Source: Macrostomum lignano (Eukaryota). From it: a stretch of 64,000 bases of DNA. The position numbers and the translations under genes were made by a program. The notes beneath the pieces were generated by a model. That model was not told the origin of the DNA and did not search any database. It saw nothing but the letters and a program-made list of their open reading frames with translations. Below are positions 1 to 12,512 of the stretch, in pieces (positions within the stretch are counted from its first letter, which is position 1; each line of letters starts with the position of its first letter). Location of the stretch: contig NIVC01000977.1 in assembly GCA_002269645.1 (NCBI GenBank), positions 331,261-395,260 of the forward strand, in the 5' to 3' direction.

Positions 1-3000
1 CGCGTCCTTTCGATTGGACGTAGGAACGAAACTCTGGCGGGAAGTTGAACTTCACGACCAGATTGCACTGCCGGACGTTCATGCCTTCCTCGATGACTCG
101 GGTGGCAATGAGTGTGTTGACTTCTCCTGTGCGGAACTGCTTGAGCACGCGGTCCTGCTGGGATAGAGACATCGCCACCTGGTTTGACTGCTCGCTGGAC
201 AGGCCGTGACCGGTGACGAACTCAGGCCGGAGGAAGCTCAGGTCGCTTTTGTAGCCGGTCATCTTTTAATTGGCGTAGCAACAAAACTCGACAGTTATTT
301 TAGGCTATTTCCAGATCCCCGATGCTTGATTTCCAAATCCCAAATACCAGATGCTTGATTTTCAAGTCCCAAATATCAGATGCTTGATTTCCTGATCCCA
401 AATACCAGATGCTTAATTCCAGATCCCAAATACCAGATGCTTGATTCGAGATCCCAGATCTCAGATGCTAGATCCCAAACACTAGATGCTTGATTCCAGA
501 TCCCAAATACCAGATGCTTGATTTCAGATCCCAAATACCAGATGCTTGATTCCAGATCCCAAATACCAGATGCTTGATTCCAGATCCCAAATACCAGATG
601 CTTGATTCGAGATCCCAGATCTCAGATGCTAGATCCCAAACACTAGATGCTTGATTCCAGATCCCAAATACCAGATGCTTGATTCGAGATCCCAGATCTC
701 AGATGCTAGATCCCAAACACTAGATGCTTGATTCCAGATCCCAAATACCAGATGCTTGATTCCAGATCTCAAATACCAGATGCTTGATTCGAGATCCCAG
801 ATCTCAGATGCTAGATCCCAAACACTAGATGCTTGATTCCAGATCCCAAATACCAGATGCTTGATTCCAGATCCCAAATACCAGATGCTTGATTCCAGAT
901 CCCAAATACCAGATGCTAGATTCCAGATCCCAAATACCAGATGCTTGATTCCAGATCCCAAATACCAGATGCTAGATTCCAGATCCCAAATACCAGATGC
1001 TTGATTCCAGATCCCAAATACCAGATGCTTGATTCCAGATCCCAAATACCAGATGCTAGATTCCAGATCCCAAATACCAGATGCTTGATTCCAGATCCCA
1101 AATACCAGATGCTTGATTCCAGATCCCAAATATCAGATGCTTGATTTCCTGATCCCAAATACCAGATGCTTAATTCCAGATCCCAAATACCAGATGCTTG
1201 ATTCGAGATCCCAGATCTCAGATGCTAGATCCCAAACACTAGATGCTTGATTCCAGATCCCAAATACCAGATGCTTGATTTCAGATCCCAAATACCAGAT
1301 GCTTGATTCCAGATCCCAAATACCAGATGCTTGATTCCAGATCCCAAATACCAGATGCTTGATTCGAGATCCCAGATCTCAGATGCTAGATCCCAAACAC
1401 TAGATGCTTGATTCCAGATCCCAAATACCAGATGCTTGATTCGAGATCCCAGATCTCAGATGCTAGATCCCAAACACTAGATGCTTGATTCCAGATCCCA
1501 AATACCAGATGCTTGATTCCAGATCTCAAATACCAGATGCTTGATTCGAGATCCCAGATCTCAGATGCTAGATCCCAAACACTAGATGCTTGATTCCAGA
1601 TCCCAAATACCAGATGCTTGATTCCAGATCCCAAATACCAGATGCTTGATTCCAGATCCCAAATACCAGATGCTAGATTCCAGATCCCAAATACCAGATG
1701 CTTGATTCCAGATCCCAAATACCAGATGCTTGATTCCAGATCCCAAATACCAGATGCTTGATTCCAGATCCCAAATACCAGATGCTTGATTCCAGATCCC
1801 AAATACCAGATGCTTGATTCCAGATCCCAAATACCAGATGCTTGATTCCAGATCCCAAATACCAGATGCTTGATTCCAGATCCCAAATACCAGATGCTTG
1901 ATTCCAGATCCCAAATACCAGATGCTTGATTCCAGATCCCAAATACCAGATGCTTGATTCCAGATCCCAAATACCAGATGCTTGATTCCAGATCCCAAAT
2001 ACCAGATGCTTGATTCCAGATCCCAAATACCAGATGCTTGATTCCAGATCCCAAATACCAGATGCTTGATTCCAGATCCCAAATACCAGATGCTTGATTC
2101 CAGATCCCAAATACCAGATGCTTGATTCCAGATCCCAAATACCAGATGCTTGATTCCAGATCCCAAATACCAGATGCTTGATTCCAGATCCCAAATACCA
2201 GATGCTTGATTCCAGATCCCAAATACCAGATGCTTGATTCCAGATCCCAAATACCAGATGCTTGATTCCAGATCCCAAATACCAGATGCTAGATTGCAAA
2301 GACGAACTTGCACACAAACAGTAACTGCACCAACCTCGCACATGAACTCCTTCACAGCCATCGCAATGACCCGCTCCTGTGTGAACACCACGGCTCTGAA
2401 AGCCTCACCATCCGGCAGTTCTTTGTGATGTTTTATCAGCGAATCCATCAGCTTCAGACACTTCTCCGAGCACAGATCCTCAGGAGTCTGGGCTGATAGC
2501 GCCTTCAGCTTGTACTGCTCAGATGCATCCAGCAGAATCTGTTGCGTCTCTTTTAAAGCGTCCTGCTCTTCTGGTTTCAGCGGCCCGGATGCGCCCTGAA
2601 TGACATCGCTCAGCTCCTTGACATACATCTGCATCACCCGGAAGCAGCAGAAGTGGCCGAGCTCTTTCAGCGAGCTCAGCGAATCCGACAGGGCTCGGTG
2701 GCATCTGCGAAACGGCGACTCGCTTGAGCCTGAGCCTGGGGCTGGCGATTCGAATTTGAAATGCGGAAATATTGTTCACACAAAATATAGAATACAGTAC
2801 TCGTATATACCAGCGCTAGGGCGGCAATTCTGAACTGGTTATCCCAGTGTCTAATCCTCCACAGGTTTGGATTATCCCAGTGTCTAATCCTCCACAGGTT
2901 TGGATTATCCCAGTGTCTAATCCTCCACAGGTTTGGATTATCCCAGTGTCTAATCCTCCACAGGTTTGGATTATCCCAGTGTCTAATCCTCCACAGGTTT

Positions 3001-6000
3001 GGATTATCCCAGTGTCTAATCCTCCACAGGTTTGGATTATCCCAGTGTCTAATCCTCCACAGGTTTGGATTATCCCAGTGTCTAATCCTCCACAGGTTTG
3101 GATTATCCCAGTGTCTAATCCTCCACAGGTTTGGATTATCCCAGTGTCTAATCCTCCACAGGTTTGGATTATCCCAGTGTCTAATCCTCCACAGGTTTGG
3201 ATTATCCCAGTGTCTAATCCTCCACAGGTTTGGATTATCCCAGTGTCTAATCCTCCACAGGTTTGGATTATCCCAGTGTCTAATCCTCCACAGGTTTGGA
3301 TTATCCCAGTGTCTAATCCTCCACAGGTTTGGATTATCCCAGTGTCTAATCCTCCACAGGTTTGGATTATCCCAGTGTCTAATCCTCCACAGGTTTGGAT
3401 TATCCCAGTGTCTAATCCTCCACAGGTTTGGATTATCCCAGTGTCTAATCCTCCACAGGTTTGGATTATCCCAGTGTCTAATCCTCCACAGGTTTGGATT
3501 ATCCCAGTGTCTAATCCTCCACAGGTTTGGATTATCCCAGTGTCTAATCCTCCACAGGTTTGGATTATCCCAGTGTCTAATCCTCCACAGGTTTGGATTA
3601 TCCCAGTGTCTAATCCTCCACAGGTTTGGATTATCCCAGTGTCTAATCTTCAAAAAGATCGGATTATTTCAGTGTCTAATCCACAACAATATCGGATTAT
3701 CCCAGTGTCTAATCCACAACAGGATCGGATTATCATAGTGTCTAATCCCCCATAGGATCGGATTATCCCAGTGTCTAATCCCCCATAGGATCGGATTATC
3801 CCAGTGTCTAATCCCCCATAGGATCGGATTATCCCAGTGTCTAATCCCCCATAGGATCGGATTATCCCAGTGTCTAATCCCCATAGGATCGGATTATCCC
3901 AGTGTCTAATCCCCCATAGGATCGGATTATCCCAGTGTCTAATCCCCCATAGGATCGGATTATCCCAGTGTCTAATCCACAACAAGATCGGATTATCCCA
4001 GTGTCTAATCCCCCATAGGATCGGATTATCCCAGTGTCTAATACTTCATAGCATTGGATTATCCCAGTGTCTAATCCCCCATAGGATCGGATTATCCTAG
4101 TGTCTAATACTTCATAGCATTGGATTATCCCAGTGTCTAATCCTTTATAGAATCATATTCTTAAAAAACTCAAACACTGCAGTGTATGACTTCAAACCCA
4201 GCTGATCAATATGATTAATAATTTGATCTGAAGCAACTAACCGGAGCTCCGACCCCTCGAACTCCGACCCGAATTAGCTCTGCCGTTATCTAATCGCTGT
4301 TTAGCGTCAGCCAGGGAGCGGCACAGCAGCAGGTAGATCGGGTCGCTGATGGTCTCGGACTTCTCCTCCTCAGTGCTGTACAGCGGCTTGTAGAGCAGCG
4401 TCTCTTCGCTGCAGCGCAGTCGAAATCCTTCGGCCTCCTGGTGGGTGGAGGTGACGATGCGAGCGTCCAGCATCTTCCGCTGCAGTTCATCAAGTCGCTC
4501 CTGAAATGTCGCAACAGGTAGGTTAAAAAATTCACTTTTAGGGCTTAGAAATTAAGCTAGAACAATAGAAATGGGCAAATAGGCAGGGCCTAGAATAGTA
4601 TAAGCAGCGTAGCAACGGAGGGGTGGACATACATGATCTTGAAGACCACGGTGTTTTTGTTTGTTTGAAGGCAGAAGATCGCATTATATCACTCAGTCAT
4701 TAGGACTCAGGATTCTCAGCACCTAATAATCCATAAGATCGGATTATCCCAGTGTCTAATCCTCCATAAGATCGGATTATCCCAGTGTCTAACCCTCCAT
4801 AGAAACGGATTATCCCAGTGTCTAACCCTCCATAGAAACGGATTATCCCAGTGTCTAATCCTCCATAAGATTGGATTATCCCAGTGTCTAACCCTCCATA
4901 AGATCGGATTATCCCAGTGTCTAACCCTCCATAGAAACGGATTATCCCAGTGTCTAATCCTCCATAAGATTGGATTATCCCAGTGTCTAACCCTCCATAA
5001 GATCGGATTATCCCAGTGTCTAACCCTCCATAGAAACGGATTATCCCAGTGTCTAATCCTCCATAAGATTGGATTATCCCAGTGTCTAACCCTCCATAAG
5101 ATCGGATTATCCCAGTGTCTAACCCTCCATAGAAACGGATTATCCCAGTGTCTAACCCTCCAAAGAAACGGATTATGCCAGTGTCTAACCCTCCATAGCA
5201 ACGGATTATGCCAGTGTCTAACCCTCCAAAGAAACGGATTATGCCAGTGTCTAACCCTCTATAGCAACGGATTATGCCAGTGTCTAACCCTCCAAAGAAA
5301 CGGATTATGCCAGTGTCTAACCCTCCAAAGAAACGGATTATGCCAGTGTCTAACCCTCCAAAGAAACGGATTATCCCAGTGTCTAACCCTCCAAAGAAAC
5401 GGATTATGCCAGTGTCTAACCCTCCATAGCAACGGATTGTCCCTGTATCTAAAACGTTAGAGAATCGGATTATCCCAGAGTCTAATCCTTCGTAGGATCG
5501 GATTATCCCAGTGTCTAATACATTAAAGCATCGGATTATCCCACTATCTAATCCCTACCTGCAGCTTGTTCCGCCTGATATTGCCATTAAACAGACAGGC
5601 GGTGAGGCCAACCAGCCGCATTCCAGTCCGATCCCAGCCTTTCTGAGACATCTCCAACAGGCGCTGACAGATTGCGGCATAGGCGTCGCCCTTGTCAAGG
5701 TGGTGACACTCGTCCAGAACTAGCAGAGACACCCAGTGAGGCCTGGCCTTGGCGTGGTTGAGAAGGTCCTTGAAAATGTCGGCAGTCATCACCAGGACCC
5801 GGTGCTGCTCAAACATCTGACGCCATTTGTCGCCTGCCCAGAGGTCGATCATTTCGCCGCCCATGTCGCCAATGAATTCGCCAACGTCCTTGGAATCTTG
5901 GGCGGTGAACAGGCAGCGGCGAATCTCTGCGGCCTGCTGGCGGACCAGCGGCACTGGAGAGCAGCAGAAACAGGTGGCTGAGTGAGGGCTGAGGTGGCTG

Positions 6001-6865
6001 AGGTGGCTGAGTGAGGGCTGAGGTGGCTGAGTGAGGGCTGAGGTGGCTGAGTGAGGGCTGAGGTGGCTGAGTGAGGGCTGAGGTGGCTGAGTGAGGGCTG
6101 AGGTGGCTGAGTGAGGGCTGGGGTGGCTGACTGAGGGCTTTGGTGGATGAGTGAGGGCTGAGGTGGCTGAGTGAGGGCTGGGGTGGCTGACTGAGGGCTT
6201 TGGTGGATGAGTGAGGGCTGAGGTGGCTGAGTGAGGGCTGAGGTGGCTGAGTGAGGGCTGAGGTGGCTGAGTGAGAGCTGAGTTGGCTGACGGCTGGGGT
6301 GGCTGACTGAGGGCTTTAGTGGATGAGTGAGGGCTGAGGTGGCTGAGTGAGAGCTGAGTTGGCTGACGGCTGGGGTGGCTGACTGAGGGCTTTAGTGGAT
6401 GAGTGAGGGCTGAGGTGGCTGAGTGAGGGCTGAGGTGGCTGAGTGAGGGCTGAGGTGGCTGAGTGAGGGCTGAGGTGGCTGAGTGAGGGCTGAGGTGGCT
6501 GAGTGAGAGCTGAGTTGGCTTAGGGCTGGGGTGGCTGAGTGAGGGCTTTGGTGGCTAAGTCAAGATTGGGTTTGTCAGTTCGCCTACCCTAAAAAAGGAC
6601 TTTATAAACAAATACTAGAAGGCCAACTCACCATTCTTCACCAGAAACACACACCGTTGACCGCCCTTGTCCAATTCAATTCGAGAGTTGGCCAGATAAT
6701 ACCGAATAAGCATAACGGAGATGAAAGTCTTGCCGCTGCCCGTGTCAAGCTTCACTATGATGTTGCGCTTGATGCCTTCGCTGGCGATGTCAATCTGAGG
6801 CGGGGGCAGTTAGGCAGGCAGATGCAGATGGACAGAGAGACAAAGAGAGACAGACAGAGAGACAA

Positions 6866-6918
<53 letters not shown>

Positions 6919-6919
6919 C

Positions 6920-6970
<51 letters not shown>

Positions 6971-6971
6971 C

Positions 6972-7046
<75 letters not shown>

Positions 7047-7188
7047 CAAAGACAGATAGACAGACAGCCAATAGGACATATAGACACGAAGCCATTACAA
7101 GCTTTACCTGATATTGCCGAGGTGCATAGACAGGTGCAGCTTGCTGGTTTTGGTAATTTTCCCCATTGGCATCAGAATTGGTTTCCAT
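1..7188 (-). CDS. Dicer: Dicer-family RNase III, N-terminal DExD/H helicase half (partial; gene continues beyond the left edge). Exons 7188-7108, 6794-6632, 5953-5559, 4500-4242, 2741-2335, 262-<1
   Basis: Manually spliced exons have GT-AG sites and consistent phases (0,1,0,1,0). The translation gives APRQYQ, Walker [23 protein letters not shown], Walker [37 protein letters not shown] and YVQSKGRA, which is the Dicer helicase signature. The exon 5 acceptor (2741) is the first of three in-phase AGs and is the least certain boundary. Confidence 0.92.
310..2295. repeat. 28-bp minisatellite (GATTCCAGATCCCAAATACCAGATGCTT) filling Dicer intron 5, with a 757-bp higher-order duplication
   Basis: The 28-bp period is read directly (e.g. 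1681 to 1709). A diagnostic variant block recurs at 374 and 1131. Confidence 0.95.
2837..4144. repeat. 33-bp minisatellite (GGATTATCCCAGTGTCTAATCCTCCACAGGTTT) in Dicer intron 4
   Basis: About 24 near-identical units run to ~3646, followed by diverged units. The period matches the 11-aa repeat in the spurious ORFs. Confidence 0.95.
4740..5552. repeat. 33-bp minisatellite of the same family, in Dicer intron 3
   Basis: Same GGATTATCCCAGTGTCTAA core and same orientation as the intron 4 array. Confidence 0.93.
5975..6560. repeat. 20-bp minisatellite (GCTGAGGTGGCTGAGTGAGG) in Dicer intron 2
   Basis: 20-bp period read directly. Confidence 0.93.
6830..7068. repeat. (ACAG)n microsatellite in Dicer intron 1
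   Basis: Read directly. Confidence 0.95.
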
Positions 7189-10100
7189 TATAGACTGAAA
7201 CAATCGGGTTTTAAAAAGAAGAAATCTAAATTAAAATAAATTATCATAGATTAATTAAGAACAAAACTAACAAAAAAACAGATTAAATATTCTCATGGTA
7301 AGTTAAGATAAAAATACAAATAAATATCAGTACAAATCAGATTGTATTATTGGTAAATATACTTAGGATACTTATCTTTATTAAAAATATAAAGATGCTT
7401 TAAAAAGATGTTTATTGTATAGCTCAAAGAACAAAAATATATGTACAATTGATTACATTTTTTAGTAATTTTGAAAAAGTAAAAAAGTGCAAGTGACACA
7501 CAAAGGTCATTGTCTTTTCTTATCTCTAGCTATTAAAATTTTACTGTGCAACTGCTACTAACTTAAGCTTTTTAATATGTTAGTCATTTAGTTTTATTTG
7601 TTTATTTGTCTTTTCATTTTTGGAATTTAAAAGTTCAAAGTAAAAAACAGAAAAAGCCTTCCATAAATGGTAAAAAATCTATGAAAAGATTGTTTCCAAA
7701 GTTGGGTAATTTATAGCAAACATTGCTGCAGACTCAATTCCAATATTCCATGTGACTTATATGTAAATTTTGTTTAGAAATTTAGATGTTCTATTAAGCA
7801 GCATGTTTTTTACAAAGGAAAAATGAAGAACCACCTATATACTATACTAAGGTAAAAGAACATTAGATAAAATGATCATTGCTACTTTGTAAATAATGTT
7901 GTAAGAATAAATAGATTGGATACTTTAAAATAATTGATTATTGACTACACAATGAAAATTCTTGTTTAAATTACTAAAATATTAAGCATTTTTATTAGAA
8001 CCTAATTTCAATCAAAACTGACTATTTCAATCAAATAAACAAATTGCCCTGTCTTGATAATGACTAATATAGTCAAAATGAAAATGCATGGAAAAAATAG
8101 AAACAGATATTGATATTATCTTTTCTTTTATTTAAAATTTTAAAAGATAGTTAAAATTATAAGTTGTTAATTTTTTTCAATTGTATACATAGATGGAAAC
8201 ATTTTAATTTTAGTTATAAGATTTTTTAATATAATCATATCCTTTAATATTTATACTATTTTATCAAATCATATATACCCAACTGTTTATTAACCTAACC
8301 AATCTAAGTATCTAACTAATAGAAATTGTGGTAAACCAAGGATAGGTAGCTACAAAATTGATTACCAAAATCAAAAGATGAGAAAGCAGAAAGCAAAGAA
8401 ACAAAAAAGCAAAAAAGCAAAAAAATGACAAATTAAAAACAGTATATAAAAACTAAATAAAAATCATAACACATTAATACAAAATGCAAAAATGTTCAAA
8501 ATGCAGCAAAATTATCAAATGAACAAATATTTTTTGAATAAATATAATGAGACCATACACATTTAATACTTGGCCAACCTAGCCCATTTTTCTAGCAAAA
8601 GATCTGGCCAAGGTAAATTGCAAAAACACTAACCTAAACATAAAAACATAGTACTATAGGACAAAAAGGCATTTTGCCTTAATAATACAGTTATTTTTTG
8701 CCATTTATATAAAACTTTATAAATATTTGCTTTATTAAGGATTTTTTAATTTAGACAAGTTGCATTTTTGGTTAAAAAATTAGTTATAAGTAATATAAAT
8801 CATGGGGTTATACATATATACTATAGGCATTAGATACTATTTACAAAATAAATTTTTTGTCATTGTCATTTATATTTTAGGGATATAAGGCCTAATAATC
8901 ATCTTTAATTTTCTAATTTTTAGCTATTAGTCATTTATTATATAAAAGCAATAAAAATGAATATTAATATTATAAATCTAGTAAGCCTATAAAAATATTT
9001 TGCTTTATCCTTTGGTTTAATAGACTTAAATGGATAATCTCTAATTGATAATGAATAATGTTCTCCATTTTGTTAATAGGATTTTATAAAATAGAATTTT
9101 AATAGGCCTATTAGCATTTTTAATTAAATAAGCACCAATGCTTTGATTCAAAATTTTTCATAAAAGTTATAGATTGGACCCTGTGTAGCTATGATAACTA
9201 CATGTGACAAGTATGAGATTCAAATTATGCTTTTGCCTTCTATAACATTAATACCCTATATTAACTCTTTAGGCTCTTAGCTAAGCCTAGGCCCTAGGCC
9301 TATATAGAAAATTCTGATGGCTAACTTGAATCAGTACAGTGTGCTTTCAGTATTCAGATAGACATTCAGTCAGGCTAACAGTAGCAGCATATTTATCTTT
9401 GGTTCTAAAATATAAAATAGGAAATTTGGCGTTGCCAATGAGTAGCAGTAGTACTAAGTAACAAGAGCATTAGAGGAAATATGCTTGATTCCATACAGAG
9501 ACACATAGTAAAATAGAGAATAAACTTGCTTTTTAACAATCTGTTTCCTACGCTATAGCTTTGTGACACCCAAGATCTTTTTTATGCTTCGCGACGTGAG
9601 CCTCGAATCAGTTGGATCAGCTGGTTTCATTCAGGGACTCGAAAACAGTCATGCCACGGTAATATCGAAAACGAAAATTGTTTTCTCAGAAAATAAAGAG
9701 TTCATATACAATCAAGTCACTCGTAATAAAAACAAACAATAAAATCAAAAAAATTTTTATAAAATAAGGAAAACTTTTTAAAACAAAGCATGCATTTTTT
9801 AGGAAAAAATTAATCCTATTTATGATTTTTCAGTAGTCTAGCAAAGTTTAATGTATTTGAACTCTTAACTTTGAGAAACGGCTTGCAAACCTTATGGTTG
9901 ATTGAAAGGTGACACGGTAAACAAGGGACGCCCAATCGCTACGACGGCGGCTTTGCTACTGGGTCCGTACTGCCTCCCTGTGGCGAACGCTATTCGCATC
10001 GCAAGAAAGGGGGGAAAGAAGCTCATCACACAACCTGTGCATACATAATTTAATTTACATGTAAATGTACAACGTACACGTACACAGTGGCGTAGCCAGG

Positions 10101-10933
10101 AATTTCAATTGGGGGCCGGGCCGAGTCGGCTTGGCTGGCCATGCCTTAAGCCATTGCTACTTTTGGCGCTTCAGGCACTCATTTTGGCGTCGCAGGCACT
10201 CATTTTGGCGCCGCAGGCACTTTGGCTATAAAAAAAACCGATTTTAACATGTACATATTGTAACAGTAAAACTAAGTGTAGAGATTCATTCATTCATAAA
10301 ATGCTACTGTTAGTAGAGCAACACTAACACGCAAGGAAAAAAATAATGTTACACATTTATAGGTGGTAATATTGAAAAAAATGAATCATATGTTACTATA
10401 TTTAATATGACGCGCAAGAGATGAATCATGATAGCGTAAGCATGTGTAGCACGACCTCAAATAAGGTACATGTTAAAAACGTCCTCTCCTATAGTCTTTG
10501 CTAGAATTTCTACGATTTGACTTTAATTTCGGCCAATCAAATTAAACCGAGATAAACCAGTTTTCGCAAAATTTGTGTATAGATATGTACATGTACATAA
10601 ATACAAACACTCTGAGAGCCCGAAAAACTTCAGAGTCAGAGCAGTCCCAATTAAGATTAATTTGGTTTGATACAATCGAGAGGATCGGTTCTTTGAGACA
10701 AATCCGTACCGTTTGGTAAGCCTTCTGTGACGTCTTTGTTATTTGATTATCGAGAGATGAATTGTTGTTAACCTAATGAATTGATTTCTGTTGAATTTTG
10801 AATTTTAATAGGCCTCAGCCATATTCCTACGGGATTGGCCATGATAGGATCCTTTTGACCGATGATGCCGATACTCGATTAGACGATTTACTGATTGACG
10901 ATTTATTACGATAACCATTGAAATTATGGGTAG

Positions 10934-11592
10934 CACGACAACTGCCTGCGCGACAACTGCCTGCACGACAACGCCTGCACGACAACTGCCTGCACGGCAA
11001 CTGCCTGCATGGCAACTGCCTGCATGGCAACTGCCTGCACGACAACTGCCTGCACGGCAACTGCCTGCATGGCAACTGCCTGCACGACAACTGCCTGCAC
11101 GACAACGCCTGCACGACAACTGCCTGCACGACAACTGCCTGCTCGACAACTGCCTGCACGACAACTGCCTGCACGACAACTGCCTGCACGGCAACTGCCT
11201 GCATGGCAACTGCCTGCATGGCAACTGCCTGCACGACAACTGCCTGCACGGCAACTGCCTGCATGGCAACTGCCTGCACGACAACTGCCTGCACGACAAC
11301 GCCTGCACGACAACTGCCTGCACGACAACTGCCTGCTCGACAACTGCCTGCACGACAACTGCCTGCACGACAACTGCCTGCACGGCAACTGCCTGCATGG
11401 CAACTGCCTGCATGGCAACTGCCTGCACGACAACTGCCTGCACGGCAACTGCCTGCATGGCAACTGCCTGCACGACAACTGCCTGCATGGCAACTGCCTG
11501 CACGGCAACTGCCTGCATGGCAACTGCCTGCACGACAACTGCCTGCACGGCAACTGCCTGCACGACAACTGCCTGCATGGCAACTGCCTGCG
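10934..11592. repeat. 15-bp minisatellite (ACGACAACTGCCTGC / ATGGCAACTGCCTGC)
   Basis: 15-bp period with occasional 14-bp units. An inverted copy of the unit lies at 12241-12255. Confidence 0.95.
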
Positions 11593-11879
11593 GAAACAAC
11601 TGCTTTTATTCAAGTTAATAACTAAGTGAACAAATGTACTTTAGTAGCAAATTAAATCAAGTCTGGTGCTACGCTTCCACACTGCATTTTCAATTCAAGT
11701 CGGAGTTACAATTCAGTTATGATGCAATCTATTTCAGAATCAGAATTCAACCAGTCAGTTTTTTCTCTAGCATTCTTACAATGCATCTCAAGTCGAAAAG
11801 TTTGCTTGACCTTTGCAAAAAAGCATGTTTTTCGAATATTTAATGCCTTTAGCATCGAGCAATTTCTTAGCCACGATGC

Positions 11880-11962
11880 ATGTACAGTCACGGGAAAATT
11901 TCTGATCGAACAGTGCAAGTTCGAACAAAATCGGTCCAGCCATTTTTTCTCTAATCGATCAC

Positions 11963-11995
<33 letters not shown>

Positions 11996-12025
11996 CACAG
12001 ACAGACCATTTTTAGTATATTGGAT
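11880..12025. mobile_element. Possible end of a non-autonomous Helitron/HINE-like element, with an (ATAG)n microsatellite
   Basis: The order AAAATCGGTCCAGCC...(ATAG)n-ACACAGACAGACC-ATTTTTAGTATATTGGAT resembles, from recall, the ends of invertebrate non-autonomous Helitron-like elements. The other end was not found. Confidence 0.35.
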
Positions 12026-12512
12026 AAATAGTTTCTGTCGATGTAGAATTTCGCGTGAGCAGTTAAATATATATATATTTCATACTTTTGAATTCATTAC
12101 ACTAATAAAACCTGTTTTTTATTTCTCTGTTTGGTATTTTTTTCTAATTACTATAATAACATACTATGATGTTGCGCTCTGAGTTGTTGAACAAGTTCAG
12201 CTAGCAGTCTGCAGTTGTCTCCAGTCAGCTGTCGCCGCATGCAGGCAGTTGTCGTAGAACCGCGGTACTACGAGCCCCGCAACAGTAAGTGAGAACTGAT
12301 ATCTGTTCCCTAGCCTGCAGACTTGCGGTCTGGAAATGGGAGTTCGTGCTCTTAGACACAATAGCGCGCAGTCCATTTTTACGACTATCCGGCACCAAGT
12401 CAGGAATTGCTTTATTTTCTCTATATTTATTTTTCACAAACTTAAAATGTTCAGGCTTAAAATGTTAAAATGTTGCAATTAAAAAATGGTAAATGTTCAG
12501 TAGCTTCAGTAG

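Noticed and set aside
2837-3646. 33-bp palindromic repeats resembling a CRISPR array
   Set aside because: The units are contiguous with no unique spacers, there are no cas genes, and they lie in a eukaryotic intron.
629-5201. Long repetitive ORFs (GSGIKHLVF..., [11 protein letters not shown]..., [11 protein letters not shown]...)
   Set aside because: They are translations of intronic 28- and 33-bp minisatellites, and the true Dicer exons splice around them.
7300-9500. AT-rich tract as a mitochondrial or endosymbiont insertion
   Set aside because: No recognisable mitochondrial ORF, rRNA or tRNA; composition alone is not evidence.
10085-10110. CAGTGGCGTAGCCAGG, resembling a MITE/hAT terminal inverted repeat
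   Set aside because: No matching inverted end (CCTGGCTACGCCACTG) or TSD was found in the window.
10805-11629. Cys/His-rich ORFs (LHDNCLHGNC..., TTACTTTAC...) resembling metallothionein or mucin
   Set aside because: All six frames are open because the 15-bp unit has no stop codon, and there is no unique coding sequence.
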